This document shows, piece by piece, positions 1-8,407 of a stretch of DNA of 40,664 bases; the stretch's first letter is position 1, and each line of letters opens with the position of its first letter. Source of the DNA: Candidatus Sumerlaeaceae bacterium. GTDB lineage: Bacteria; Sumerlaeota; Sumerlaeia; Sumerlaeales; Sumerlaeaceae. The stretch spans positions 124,379-165,042 of the forward strand of contig JBMFRB010000008.1 of NCBI GenBank assembly GCA_049968255.1, given 5' to 3'. Below the pieces are notes generated by a model. That model did not search any database, was not told the DNA's origin, and saw only the letters and a program-made list of their open reading frames with translations. The position numbers were made by a program, and so were the translations under genes.

Positions 1-153
1 GCGCAGCCTACGCCTACGCCCACGCCGCTTGCTGTCTCGTCGGTCGCAGCGCCGGCAGGTGCAGCCGCCTTGCCCACGTCTGCCCCCGAGCTGCGCGTTA
101 GCCCTGAGAAAATCACGAGGCCACCGGTGCCATCTTCTTCCCGAGCCCGATGA
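1..153 (+). CDS. 3' end of an upstream gene (partial), Pro/Thr-rich C-terminal tail
   Basis: Frame 1 is open from base 1 (AQPTPTPTPLAVSSVAAPAG...SSRAR*). Its TGA at 151-153 overlaps the GT2 ATG at 150 (ATGA coupling). Confidence 0.6.
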   Translation, partial: AQPTPTPTPLAVSSVAAPAGAAALPTSAPELRVSPEKITRPPVPSSSRAR

Positions 154-1085
154 GCCCCTCGGCCGCCAACGCGCAGTGCCATGCCCCATTGGCCCCATCT
201 GTCGCATTAGTCATTTTGCTTTATCAGAGTGCGGACTACATTGAGCCCTGTCTTGCAAGCATTGCGCGTTTAGAGCGGCCACCTGACGAATTGATCATTG
301 TGGACAATGCCTCGACGGATGCTTCGATCGAGCGGTCGCGCAAAGTCGCTGCGGAACTTCGCCTCGCCGCCCAGTTCATTCCCCTCGAACGCAATCTTGG
401 CTGCTGCGGTGGAAACAATGTCGGTTGGCGTGCCGCTTCCAGCGATGTCGTGGTCTTTCTCAATCCCGATACCGAAGTCACACCCACGTTCCTCAGCGAA
501 CTCCTTGTGCCTTTCCGTCGATTCGCCGATGTTGGAATTGTCGGATGCAAAATCTATTACCCAGGCACGCGCCGACTTCAGCATGCGGGGGCACGCATTT
601 TTGCCAATGGTCGCACGGAGCATTTTGGCGCGGGCGAAGAGGACTCAGGCCGATATGACGAGCCGTGCGATTGCGACTATGTGACGGGGGCCGGTTTCGG
701 AGTGCGTCGCGCCGTGCTCGAAACTCTCGGCGGCTTCGACGAAGATTTCTTCCCTGCTTATTACGAGGAAGTGGATCTCTGCACACGGGCACGCAAGAGC
801 GGCTGGCGCGTGCTTTATTGGCCTCATGCGCTCATGTATCACCACGAAAGTGTCTCGCTCGGCGTCGAAAGTGAGCGTTTTCTTCGGCTCTATCACCGCA
901 TGCGCCTTCGCTACTGCTTTAAGCACCTCATTGCGCGTGGGGGAGTAGGTGGCTTGCTCCGCGAGGAGTGGCGAACTCTGTGCCGCGTGTCGCCCGTTCA
1001 TCGGCGTGCCGTCTACGCTGCTTGGCGCGACGCTGTGCAATGGCGTCTTGCTCGGGCATTGAGGGACTTGCGCAAGACCTCATAA
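150..1085 (+). CDS. Glycosyltransferase family 2 (GT-A fold, WbbL/rhamnosyltransferase-like)
   Basis: Motifs IIVDNASTD, NLGxxGGNNxG, FLNPD, GGFDEDFFPAYYEEVDLC and YHHES. Confidence 0.9.
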   Translation: MSPSAANAQCHAPLAPSVALVILLYQSADYIEPCLASIARLERPPDELIIVDNASTDASIERSRKVAAELRLAAQFIPLERNLGCCGGNNVGWRAASSDVVVFLNPDTEVTPTFLSELLVPFRRFADVGIVGCKIYYPGTRRLQHAGARIFANGRTEHFGAGEEDSGRYDEPCDCDYVTGAGFGVRRAVLETLGGFDEDFFPAYYEEVDLCTRARKSGWRVLYWPHALMYHHESVSLGVESERFLRLYHRMRLRYCFKHLIARGGVGGLLREEWRTLCRVSPVHRRAVYAAWRDAVQWRLARALRDLRKTS

Positions 1086-1208
1086 AACCGTTCTAATGAG
1101 CCCGCCGCTTGCCTTGGTGCGGTTTGTGTTTGAAAAGCCCGTTTTGCCCCCCATCGCTAGAGCTTTGTTTGTGACACGAGAAACAAAAAGAGAGGATGCG
1201 CTGCCGCT

Positions 1209-2696
1209 ATGAAGCTTAGTCAGCTCCTTGCCGTCGTTCCTGAAGCAAAAGTCGTTCAGGGATCCCTAGACCACGAAATCACGGGCGTTATTTATGATCC
1301 CCTACGCGTGAAACCCGGCTATCTCTATGTAGCCATCAACATTTACACTCAGCTCGACAAGATCGAAATCCCCGATGGTCACGACGTCGTCGACAAAGCG
1401 ATCAAGGCCGGTGCAGCCGCCGTGGTGCTCCAACGCGATCTCCCCGTGCCTTCACACGTCACAAAAATCCTTGTCCCGAACACGCGTGCCGCCCTCGCGC
1501 GTTTAGCAGGAGAATTCTATGCTTGGCCCTCGCGTCAGCTTAAGCTCATCGGCGTGACGGGAACCAATGGCAAAACCACCACCACCCACATCATCGAAAG
1601 CATTCTCGCGCAGCGCTACCGCGTTGGACTCATGGGCACCCTCTACTTCAAGGTAGCTGGCGAAATCCGCAAGTCAAAGGACACTACGCCCGAACCACCT
1701 GATCTTCAGGAAATTTTCATTCAAATGGTTGAGGGAGGGTGCACCTATTGCGTCATGGAAGTTTCCTCGCATGGCGTGGACTTCCACCGCGTGGATGGCC
1801 TAGAATTCGAAGCCGGCGTGTGGACAAACCTCACCCAGGATCACCTCGATTACCACAAAACGATGGAAGCTTACCGCGAATGCAAACTTCGCTTTTTCCG
1901 CATGATTGCGCCCGACAAACATGTCGCGGTAAATGTCGATGACCCCAATGCGAAGTACTTCATCGAAGCCGCAAAAGCGCGCGTGATCACCTACGGCATC
2001 GAGAACCAAGCCGACGTCACAGCAAAGGATATCGAGTACTCAGTCCACGGCACGCAATACACTCTCGTCACACCAGCCGGTTCGGTGCGAGTGCAAAGCC
2101 GTCTGCGCGGCCAATTCAACGTCTACAACTCTCTCGCCGGCGCCGCTTGCTGTTACGGCCTTGGCGAAAGTCTCGAAACGATCAAGGCCGGCCTCGAAGG
2201 CTCCATCGTGGTCGCCGGTCGCTTCCAGCCAGTCGAGCGCGGACAAGACTTTGTCGTTGTCGTGGATTATGCACACACGCCCGACGGCCTGGTGAAGGTC
2301 CTCAACGCCGCAAAAGCAACGAACCCCAAGCGCATTATCACGGTGTTCGGCTGCGGCGGCGATCGCGACCCCCTCAAACGTCCCATCATGGGCAAGATCG
2401 CCGCCGAATATAGCGACATTGTCATTGTCACCGACGACAATCCTCGAACAGAAGACCCCGAGGTCATCGTCCAGAACATTCTTGCCGGTATCGAAGACAA
2501 ATCAAAAGTCGAGGTCATCCACGATCGGCGCCAAGCGATCGAGCGCGCCATCGAGCTGGCTCAGCCTGGCGACTTCGTCCTCATCGCTGGCAAGGGACAT
2601 GAGACTACCCAAACGCTCAAGGACCGCACCATTGAATTCAACGACTTTGCCGTGGCGGATGAAATCGTGTCCAAACACCTCAGCGCGAAGAAGTGA
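1209..2696 (+). CDS. murE: UDP-MurNAc-L-Ala-D-Glu:meso-DAP ligase (MurE family; atypical N-terminal domain, possibly a paralogue)
   Basis: P-loop GVTGTNGKTTT, TTPE, MEVSSH, TNLTQDHLDYH, VDYAHTPD, FGCGGDRD, DAP-recognition DNPR and AGKGHE. SD GAGGA upstream. Confidence 0.88.
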   Translation: MKLSQLLAVVPEAKVVQGSLDHEITGVIYDPLRVKPGYLYVAINIYTQLDKIEIPDGHDVVDKAIKAGAAAVVLQRDLPVPSHVTKILVPNTRAALARLAGEFYAWPSRQLKLIGVTGTNGKTTTTHIIESILAQRYRVGLMGTLYFKVAGEIRKSKDTTPEPPDLQEIFIQMVEGGCTYCVMEVSSHGVDFHRVDGLEFEAGVWTNLTQDHLDYHKTMEAYRECKLRFFRMIAPDKHVAVNVDDPNAKYFIEAAKARVITYGIENQADVTAKDIEYSVHGTQYTLVTPAGSVRVQSRLRGQFNVYNSLAGAACCYGLGESLETIKAGLEGSIVVAGRFQPVERGQDFVVVVDYAHTPDGLVKVLNAAKATNPKRIITVFGCGGDRDPLKRPIMGKIAAEYSDIVIVTDDNPRTEDPEVIVQNILAGIEDKSKVEVIHDRRQAIERAIELAQPGDFVLIAGKGHETTQTLKDRTIEFNDFAVADEIVSKHLSAKK

Positions 2697-2736
2697 CTTC
2701 GCACAATTCTGTGTTGCGAGAAGGCGAGAAAACCTC

Positions 2737-3813
2737 ATGGCTGGTGTCATAAAAGATCTCCGTGCGCGTCCCTTTGATTTGCCGCTTGTCGAGCCTTTCA
2801 TCATCGCCACTGGCCGCAAGGATGCCGCCAACAATGTGCTCGTCGAGGTCGAACTCGATGACGGCACCATCGGTTACGGTGAAGTGGCTCCGTCGCCCTA
2901 CACCACAGGTGACACAGCCGCCACATGCCTGGCGATCATCGAGCAATTGCGCCCACTGGTCGTGGGCAAAGACGTTCGCCAGTGGCGTAGCCTGCTCAGC
3001 CAGACACGGCGCGCGGTCCGCCATCAGTTTGCTGCTCATAGTGGCCTCGAAATAGCAATTCTCGATGCGTTCGGCAAGGTTGTCGGCGTGCCTCTTTACC
3101 AGTTTTTCGGAGGAGTCACCACGCGCATCGACTCGGACTACACGCTTTCGCTCGGCTCGCCGCAAGAGACGGCCGCCTCGGCTCGCAAGGCCATCGCCGC
3201 AGGTTTTCGCAAGATCAAAATCAAAGTGGGAATGGGTGTGGCCACCGACGTCGCCCGCGTGTGCGCCGTACGCGAAGTTGCGCCCCACGCCGAGCTCTCT
3301 CTCGATGCAAACCAGGCGTTCTCGCCGCAAGCGGCTGTCGACCTGGCGCGCCGCCTTGCGGCCGAAGGTGTCGAGCTGGCCCTTCTCGAGCAGCCTGTGC
3401 GGCGCGACGACATCGCCGGCATGCGCTTTGTCCGCGAGCGCGCCGGCGTACCTGTTGGCGCCGATGAATCCGTCTTCACGCCTGAGGATGCCATCCGAGT
3501 TGTGCGCGAAGGCGCCGCCGATGTCATCAATATCAAAGTCGCGAAAGCTGGTTTGCTAGGAGCCCTTGATATCTACTCGATTGTCCGCTCAGCAAACTTG
3601 GAGCTTATGATCGGTTGTATGATGGAGTCAAAAGTCGGCCTGGCTGCGTCGGTCCACCTGGCGTGCGGCCTCGGCTGCTTTACGCACTGCGACCTCGACT
3701 CGGTCTTTCTGCTGAAGCCATTTGATTGCGCCGGCGGCTACACGCTCAGCGGCGCAACATTCGATGTCGAGGGCCACGGTCCGGGAACCGGCATTACGTT
3801 GAGTGAAGCATAA
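2737..3813 (+). CDS. Dipeptide epimerase (enolase superfamily, L-Ala-D/L-Glu epimerase-like), copy 1
   Basis: KxK (KIKVG), metal ligands in DANQ/EQP/DES, NIK, GCMMES and C-terminal DLD. Start placed at ATG 2737 because the ORF-track extension overlaps murE. Confidence 0.85.
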   Translation: MAGVIKDLRARPFDLPLVEPFIIATGRKDAANNVLVEVELDDGTIGYGEVAPSPYTTGDTAATCLAIIEQLRPLVVGKDVRQWRSLLSQTRRAVRHQFAAHSGLEIAILDAFGKVVGVPLYQFFGGVTTRIDSDYTLSLGSPQETAASARKAIAAGFRKIKIKVGMGVATDVARVCAVREVAPHAELSLDANQAFSPQAAVDLARRLAAEGVELALLEQPVRRDDIAGMRFVRERAGVPVGADESVFTPEDAIRVVREGAADVINIKVAKAGLLGALDIYSIVRSANLELMIGCMMESKVGLAASVHLACGLGCFTHCDLDSVFLLKPFDCAGGYTLSGATFDVEGHGPGTGITLSEA

Positions 3814-3814
3814 C

Positions 3815-4858
3815 ATGATAACAAAATATCGCTTTGTTCTCAAGCTCATTGATCCGTTCGGAATCTCGCGAATCACCCGCACCGAGGAAGAGCGAATTTA
3901 CATCGAAGTGGATGGAGGATGGGGCGAAACTGCGCCGGTGAGTTATTACGGCGAGGACGAATTTACGGTGCGGGCCGCCCTCGAGACTATCGAGAAAAGA
4001 GATCTCGGCGATCTTGATCTCGTCGAGCAAGTCATGGAGCACGCCAATGCTCTGGTGCCCGACAACCGCGCAGCCAAAGCGGCTCTCGATGTCGCCCTCC
4101 ACGACCGCTTAGCAAAGCGACTCGGCGTGCCCGTTTGGAAACTCTTCGGCAGGGCACCCCAGCGGCCCCTTGTCACGAGTTTTACCATTGGTATCGATTC
4201 GCTCGACGTCATGCTCGAGAAAACGGACCGAGCAGCAAACTATCAGATCCTCAAAATCAAACTCGGGCGCAACGTCGAGCACGACATCGTTGTCATGCAG
4301 GAAATCCGCAAGCGAGTTGGCGAAGGCAAAACCCTGCGCGTGGATGCCAATGCAGGCTGGACCCCCGACGAAGCGCGACGCATCATTCCAATTCTTGCCG
4401 ATCTCGGCGTGGAGTACGTCGAGCAGCCACTGGCCATGGGCGCCATCGAGCAATTGCGCCAAATGAAGAAACACTGCCCTCTCCCGATCTTCCTTGATGA
4501 GGATATCCACACCAGCCGCGACATTCCCGGCGTGATTGGCGCCTGCGACGGTATCAACATCAAACTCATGAAAGCGGGTGGGCTCGCGGAAGCCCGCCGT
4601 ATGGTGGCAACTGCGCGCGCTTGCGGACTGCAAGTCATGCTCGGCTGCATGATTGAAAGCTCGCTTGGAATTACTGCGGCAGCTCACCTTGCACCGGCGG
4701 TGGATCACATTGACCTCGATTCTCATTTGCTCATTGCTAACGATCCCTTCACGGGGGTAGTGACTAAATCCAACGGCGAATTACTTCTACCGACGGCCCC
4801 CGGGCTCGGAGTGAACGTGAACGAAGGCTTCCTCGAGCAGTTTGAAAAGCTCCCCTGA
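3815..4858 (+). CDS. Dipeptide epimerase (L-Ala-D/L-Glu epimerase, YcjG/YkfB-like), copy 2
   Basis: PFGISR, KIKLG, DANAG, EQP, DED, NIKLMK, GCMIES and DLD. ATG lies 1 nt after the previous stop. Confidence 0.87.
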   Translation: MITKYRFVLKLIDPFGISRITRTEEERIYIEVDGGWGETAPVSYYGEDEFTVRAALETIEKRDLGDLDLVEQVMEHANALVPDNRAAKAALDVALHDRLAKRLGVPVWKLFGRAPQRPLVTSFTIGIDSLDVMLEKTDRAANYQILKIKLGRNVEHDIVVMQEIRKRVGEGKTLRVDANAGWTPDEARRIIPILADLGVEYVEQPLAMGAIEQLRQMKKHCPLPIFLDEDIHTSRDIPGVIGACDGINIKLMKAGGLAEARRMVATARACGLQVMLGCMIESSLGITAAAHLAPAVDHIDLDSHLLIANDPFTGVVTKSNGELLLPTAPGLGVNVNEGFLEQFEKLP

Positions 4859-4969
4859 AGCTCTTTCTCCGTGCAGCGCAACGCCCTCAGCCCCTTTTTG
4901 CGCCCGCAAGGCGACGTTGGTATTTCTTTCCGTTGCACACCCCTCGCATCGCCGCTACGCCCCAATGTT

Positions 4970-6694
4970 ATGACCGCCGGTGCTGAGAAAACTCGCACTC
5001 ACAGCTCCCCGAAGACCGAATGGCTTGGTCTGTTCGTTTTGGTGGCGATGGCGCTTATTCTGCGCTGGTGGCACCTTGATCTCATGCCCTTTCGCTACGA
5101 TGCGGCCGAGGCGCTGATCCGCGCCCGCGAGACGTTGGCGTTGGGGTATCCGCCTCTCACTGGCATCGTGAACAGTCTGGGGTTTCGTAACCCGCCTGGT
5201 CTCGAGTGGTTGATTCTCCCTGCTGTGCTGATATCTCCGGATCCGCGCGCTGCTGCAGCCTGGATTGCCGTCCTCATCGTGAGCGGCACAGTTGCACTTT
5301 GGTGGGCGGGGCGCTCAGTCGGCGGGCGTCCACTTGCGTGGTCAGCCGCGCTTCTCTATGCCTTTCTGCCACAAACAATTTTCTCCTCCCGCGACGTTTG
5401 GGCCCAGCACTTGCTCATTCCGCTTGGTGCTTGGTCGCTTGCATTCGTGCTTCACGCAGTCCAGGCACAGCCGTCCACCCCGGACAAACTTGCCCAAGCC
5501 GGCGACGCGACTTCCCGCAACGGCGGCGCAAGCTCAGATGCTTCCCGCCAACTTTCGCAGCTTCTTGCCGCCACAGCCTTCGCTGGTGTCGCCGCCCTTG
5601 TGCACCTTGCTGCGAGTCTGTGGTTTGCCGGGCTTTTGGGGGCCGTTCTCGTTCTCCTGCGAAATGTGCCGTTTTCCGCTAGGCCGCGCTGGCGGATGCG
5701 TTTGGGTGTTCTTTTCACGGTTTTTCTATGCGCACTCCTTCCGTCGCTCCTCGACTGGCACCACGTCGTGACAAATCCGCCAAAGGAGAAACCGCCGCAT
5801 GTTCGCAAATTCGAGCAGACAGCGCCACCACCGAAACCACTGCTCGGTCGGTTAGCAGAAGCCTATGGGGGGCTTTTTGATCCGCTTGCGAGTCTGCAGC
5901 CCCTTACTGGTCTTGAGCAGGAGCTTCCTCCAGTGTTGGTCCGTGCCACGCATGGAGCCGACCTAGCCCTCTTGGCCATGTGTCTCGCGGGGCTCGCTTT
6001 GACTATGCTTGTCAGTTTCTCGCGAAGCAAAGTCATCGGAACCTTCGTTCCTGCACCCAGTGTGGCGCGCCTCCTCTTTCTGTGGGTCTTTGCTCCGCCA
6101 TTTCTCGTGGGCGCACTGATGCGCTATCCCAATGCCACGTATCTCTATTTCGCGCTCGGTGCCACGTTGCTTCTCGTGTGCCAAGGCACGGGTTGGGTTG
6201 GTGGCGGCCTTTGGTTGCGCATGCGAGCGTTTAGTGCCGCTTCACGCTGCCACGATACCCCCGCTCGCTTCGCCCCCCCGTTCGTGTTTACTGCGCTCGC
6301 CCTTTTTCATCTGACGTTTTTCGTCGTTTCGATGGAAACGGTTGAGCGAGTTCGCATTGTGAACGGCCCGTACTACGTGCCGCTGCGCGAGCAGCTTGGT
6401 CTGGTGCGAGATTTTGACCGCGCCGGCGTTGGCCGAGGACACCTGCTCCATCTCGGCGGACCGTGGTTCCAACACTCTTTTGATTATTTGCTTCACGAGG
6501 TCGTGCGCGTCCCGCTTCGGCCCGGTGCTGTCGTCATGGAAGATTCTCTTCTTCGTCGTCACCAACCCATCCGCCTTGAGTTTGTGCAACACTCGCTCCC
6601 CCGCCAATGGGCAACGATCCGATGGGGTATCTTCCCGTCCTGGGACGACGCTGTGCGTTTCGCGGATGCGTTCTATCAGCTTCCTCTTCGCTGA
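4970..6694 (+). CDS. Polytopic membrane protein, probable GT-C (ArnT/PMT-like) glycosyltransferase
   Basis: About 10 or more hydrophobic segments. N-terminal LRWWHL..PFRYDAAE and NPPGLEWL loops resemble GT-C first-loop motifs. Start uncertain (4871 or 4970). Confidence 0.6.
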   Translation: MTAGAEKTRTHSSPKTEWLGLFVLVAMALILRWWHLDLMPFRYDAAEALIRARETLALGYPPLTGIVNSLGFRNPPGLEWLILPAVLISPDPRAAAAWIAVLIVSGTVALWWAGRSVGGRPLAWSAALLYAFLPQTIFSSRDVWAQHLLIPLGAWSLAFVLHAVQAQPSTPDKLAQAGDATSRNGGASSDASRQLSQLLAATAFAGVAALVHLAASLWFAGLLGAVLVLLRNVPFSARPRWRMRLGVLFTVFLCALLPSLLDWHHVVTNPPKEKPPHVRKFEQTAPPPKPLLGRLAEAYGGLFDPLASLQPLTGLEQELPPVLVRATHGADLALLAMCLAGLALTMLVSFSRSKVIGTFVPAPSVARLLFLWVFAPPFLVGALMRYPNATYLYFALGATLLLVCQGTGWVGGGLWLRMRAFSAASRCHDTPARFAPPFVFTALALFHLTFFVVSMETVERVRIVNGPYYVPLREQLGLVRDFDRAGVGRGHLLHLGGPWFQHSFDYLLHEVVRVPLRPGAVVMEDSLLRRHQPIRLEFVQHSLPRQWATIRWGIFPSWDDAVRFADAFYQLPLR

Positions 6695-7024
6695 GGGCAC
6701 GGGGCTTCGCATTCTCGAATCAGACTGGAGCACCCCACCTGCCGGTCCCTTCGCACTAGCCACTTCCTCTCTCTCTTTCATGTATGCCAGCGGTCAACAC
6801 TTCCAGCAAAAACGAATTGCATTGTTGCTCCGTACGGTCTCCCCTGGTGCGAAGAAAAGAGTTGCAGCTTTCGCGGTTGCCTGACCGGGTTCAACGCAGA
6901 AATCTGGGAAAGGGCTGGTGCAGCCCGCGAGCCTCAAGGTGGAGCTCTGCCTCAAAAGCAGAGGGCACCGAATCACCGCCTTGTGAGCCGGGGCGCGCCC
7001 TTGTGAAACGCAAAGGAAGGCTTC

Positions 7025-8188
7025 ATGAGTCCAAAATTACAACCGTCGCCATTTGCTCAAGCACGTACAGTTGTGCTCAAGCTTGGTTCAGCAGTCCTGA
7101 CCGGATCTGAGGGCGATCTCGATCGCGCGCTCATGAAATCGCTTTGTCACTGCGTCGCCGGACTGGTGAAGGCTGGCCAGCGAGTTATCCTCGTCAGTTC
7201 CGGCGCTGTTGCCGCGGGACGAGCCGCTCTCGGCGTGCGCGAGCGCCAGCTCACCATTTCGCGCAAGCAGGCCCTCGCGGCCGTCGGCCAATCGCGCCTC
7301 ATGGCCATTTACGCAGAGCTTTTCCAACCCTACGGCATCTACGTGGGGCAGATGTTGCTGACGGCAAGCGACATGGAGGACCGCCGCCGCTACCTCAACG
7401 CACGCAACACGCTCGACGAGCTGCTTCGTGCCAAGTGCGTTCCCATCATTAACGAAAACGACACTGTGACAGTGGACGAACTGAAATTTGGCGACAACGA
7501 CGGCCTTGCCGCTCGGGTCGCAGTCAAGATGCAGGCCGATGGCCTTATCCTGCTTTCTGATGTCGAAGGTCTCTACGAAGAGAACCCTAAAACAAATCCA
7601 CGCGCCAAGCTTGTCGAGGTGGTCGAACGACTCACCTCCTCCACAATCGAAAAATACTGCCCCACCGCCGGACCCGGCTCTCTCGTGGGGAGCGGCGGCA
7701 TGCTGAGCAAACTTCGGGCGGCGCGTATCGCCACCTCGGCCGGTGTGCACGTCGTCATTGCCAATGGCAAAAGATCTGGCATCCTTGAAGATATTCTTCG
7801 CGGGGAATTTCGCGGGACGTATTTTCCCCCTTCGGCCAAAGCCAAACGAAGCCAGCGCGCTCAGTGGATACTTCATGGGCGGGTGGGAAGCGGACGCCAA
7901 GTTGTCGTGGACGACGGCGCACGCGACGCCCTCGTGCGCAAAAACAAGTCGCTTCTGCCGGCGGGAATTATCCGCGTCATCGGATCCTTCCGCGAGGGCG
8001 ATGTTGTGGACGTGGTCGACGCCAACGGGCGGCTTCTGGGCCGTGGCATCGTGAATTATTCGAGTACCGAGCTCGACCTCATCAAGGGGCGCAAATCGTC
8101 TGAAATCGCCTCCGTGCTAGGCAGCAAGCCTTACGACGAAGCGATCCATCGCAATAATCTCGTGTTAGTCGACGAGCCAACGGGCTGA
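7025..8188 (+). CDS. proB: Glutamate 5-kinase with C-terminal PUA domain
   Basis: VLKLGSAVL, VSSGAVAAG, AAVGQ, INENDTV, FGDND, GSGGMLSK and PUA region SLLPAGI...IHRNNL. SD AAGGAAGG. Confidence 0.95.
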   Translation: MSPKLQPSPFAQARTVVLKLGSAVLTGSEGDLDRALMKSLCHCVAGLVKAGQRVILVSSGAVAAGRAALGVRERQLTISRKQALAAVGQSRLMAIYAELFQPYGIYVGQMLLTASDMEDRRRYLNARNTLDELLRAKCVPIINENDTVTVDELKFGDNDGLAARVAVKMQADGLILLSDVEGLYEENPKTNPRAKLVEVVERLTSSTIEKYCPTAGPGSLVGSGGMLSKLRAARIATSAGVHVVIANGKRSGILEDILRGEFRGTYFPPSAKAKRSQRAQWILHGRVGSGRQVVVDDGARDALVRKNKSLLPAGIIRVIGSFREGDVVDVVDANGRLLGRGIVNYSSTELDLIKGRKSSEIASVLGSKPYDEAIHRNNLVLVDEPTG

Positions 8189-8367
8189 AATAGCGGCGAG
8201 CCGTTGAGCGTTTGAGCTTGCCAGACGGCGTCCCTCTCAGGGGCTGAAATGTCTCCAAAGCGCAAGACAACGTTCGGCCCCGCCGCAGTTGAATGAGGGC
8301 GTTGTTCGGCTGACCAGCTCGCGTCGCAAGAGCTCCTTGTCGAGGGCGCCGATTTCATGCCAAAATC

Positions 8368-8395
8368 TTGAGAAATCTCCGCGCAAGTGTAGATT
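8368..8395 (+). promoter_or_regulatory. Putative sigma70-type promoter of mutL
   Basis: TTGAGA-16 nt-TAGATT ending 12 nt before the mutL ATG. Confidence 0.35.
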
Positions 8396-8407
8396 CCTCG
8401 AGAACAG

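Noticed and set aside
2419-2736. Long N-terminal extensions in the ORF track (also at 10460, 12754, 27747, 31575, 31751, 35225 and 38740)
   Set aside because: They overlap neighbouring genes or lack homology-like content. Downstream starts with an SD or stop-start coupling fit better.
6930-6960. AAGGTGG resembling a T-box before proB
   Set aside because: Lacks the following ACC-GCG antiterminator consensus, a specifier stem and a terminator.
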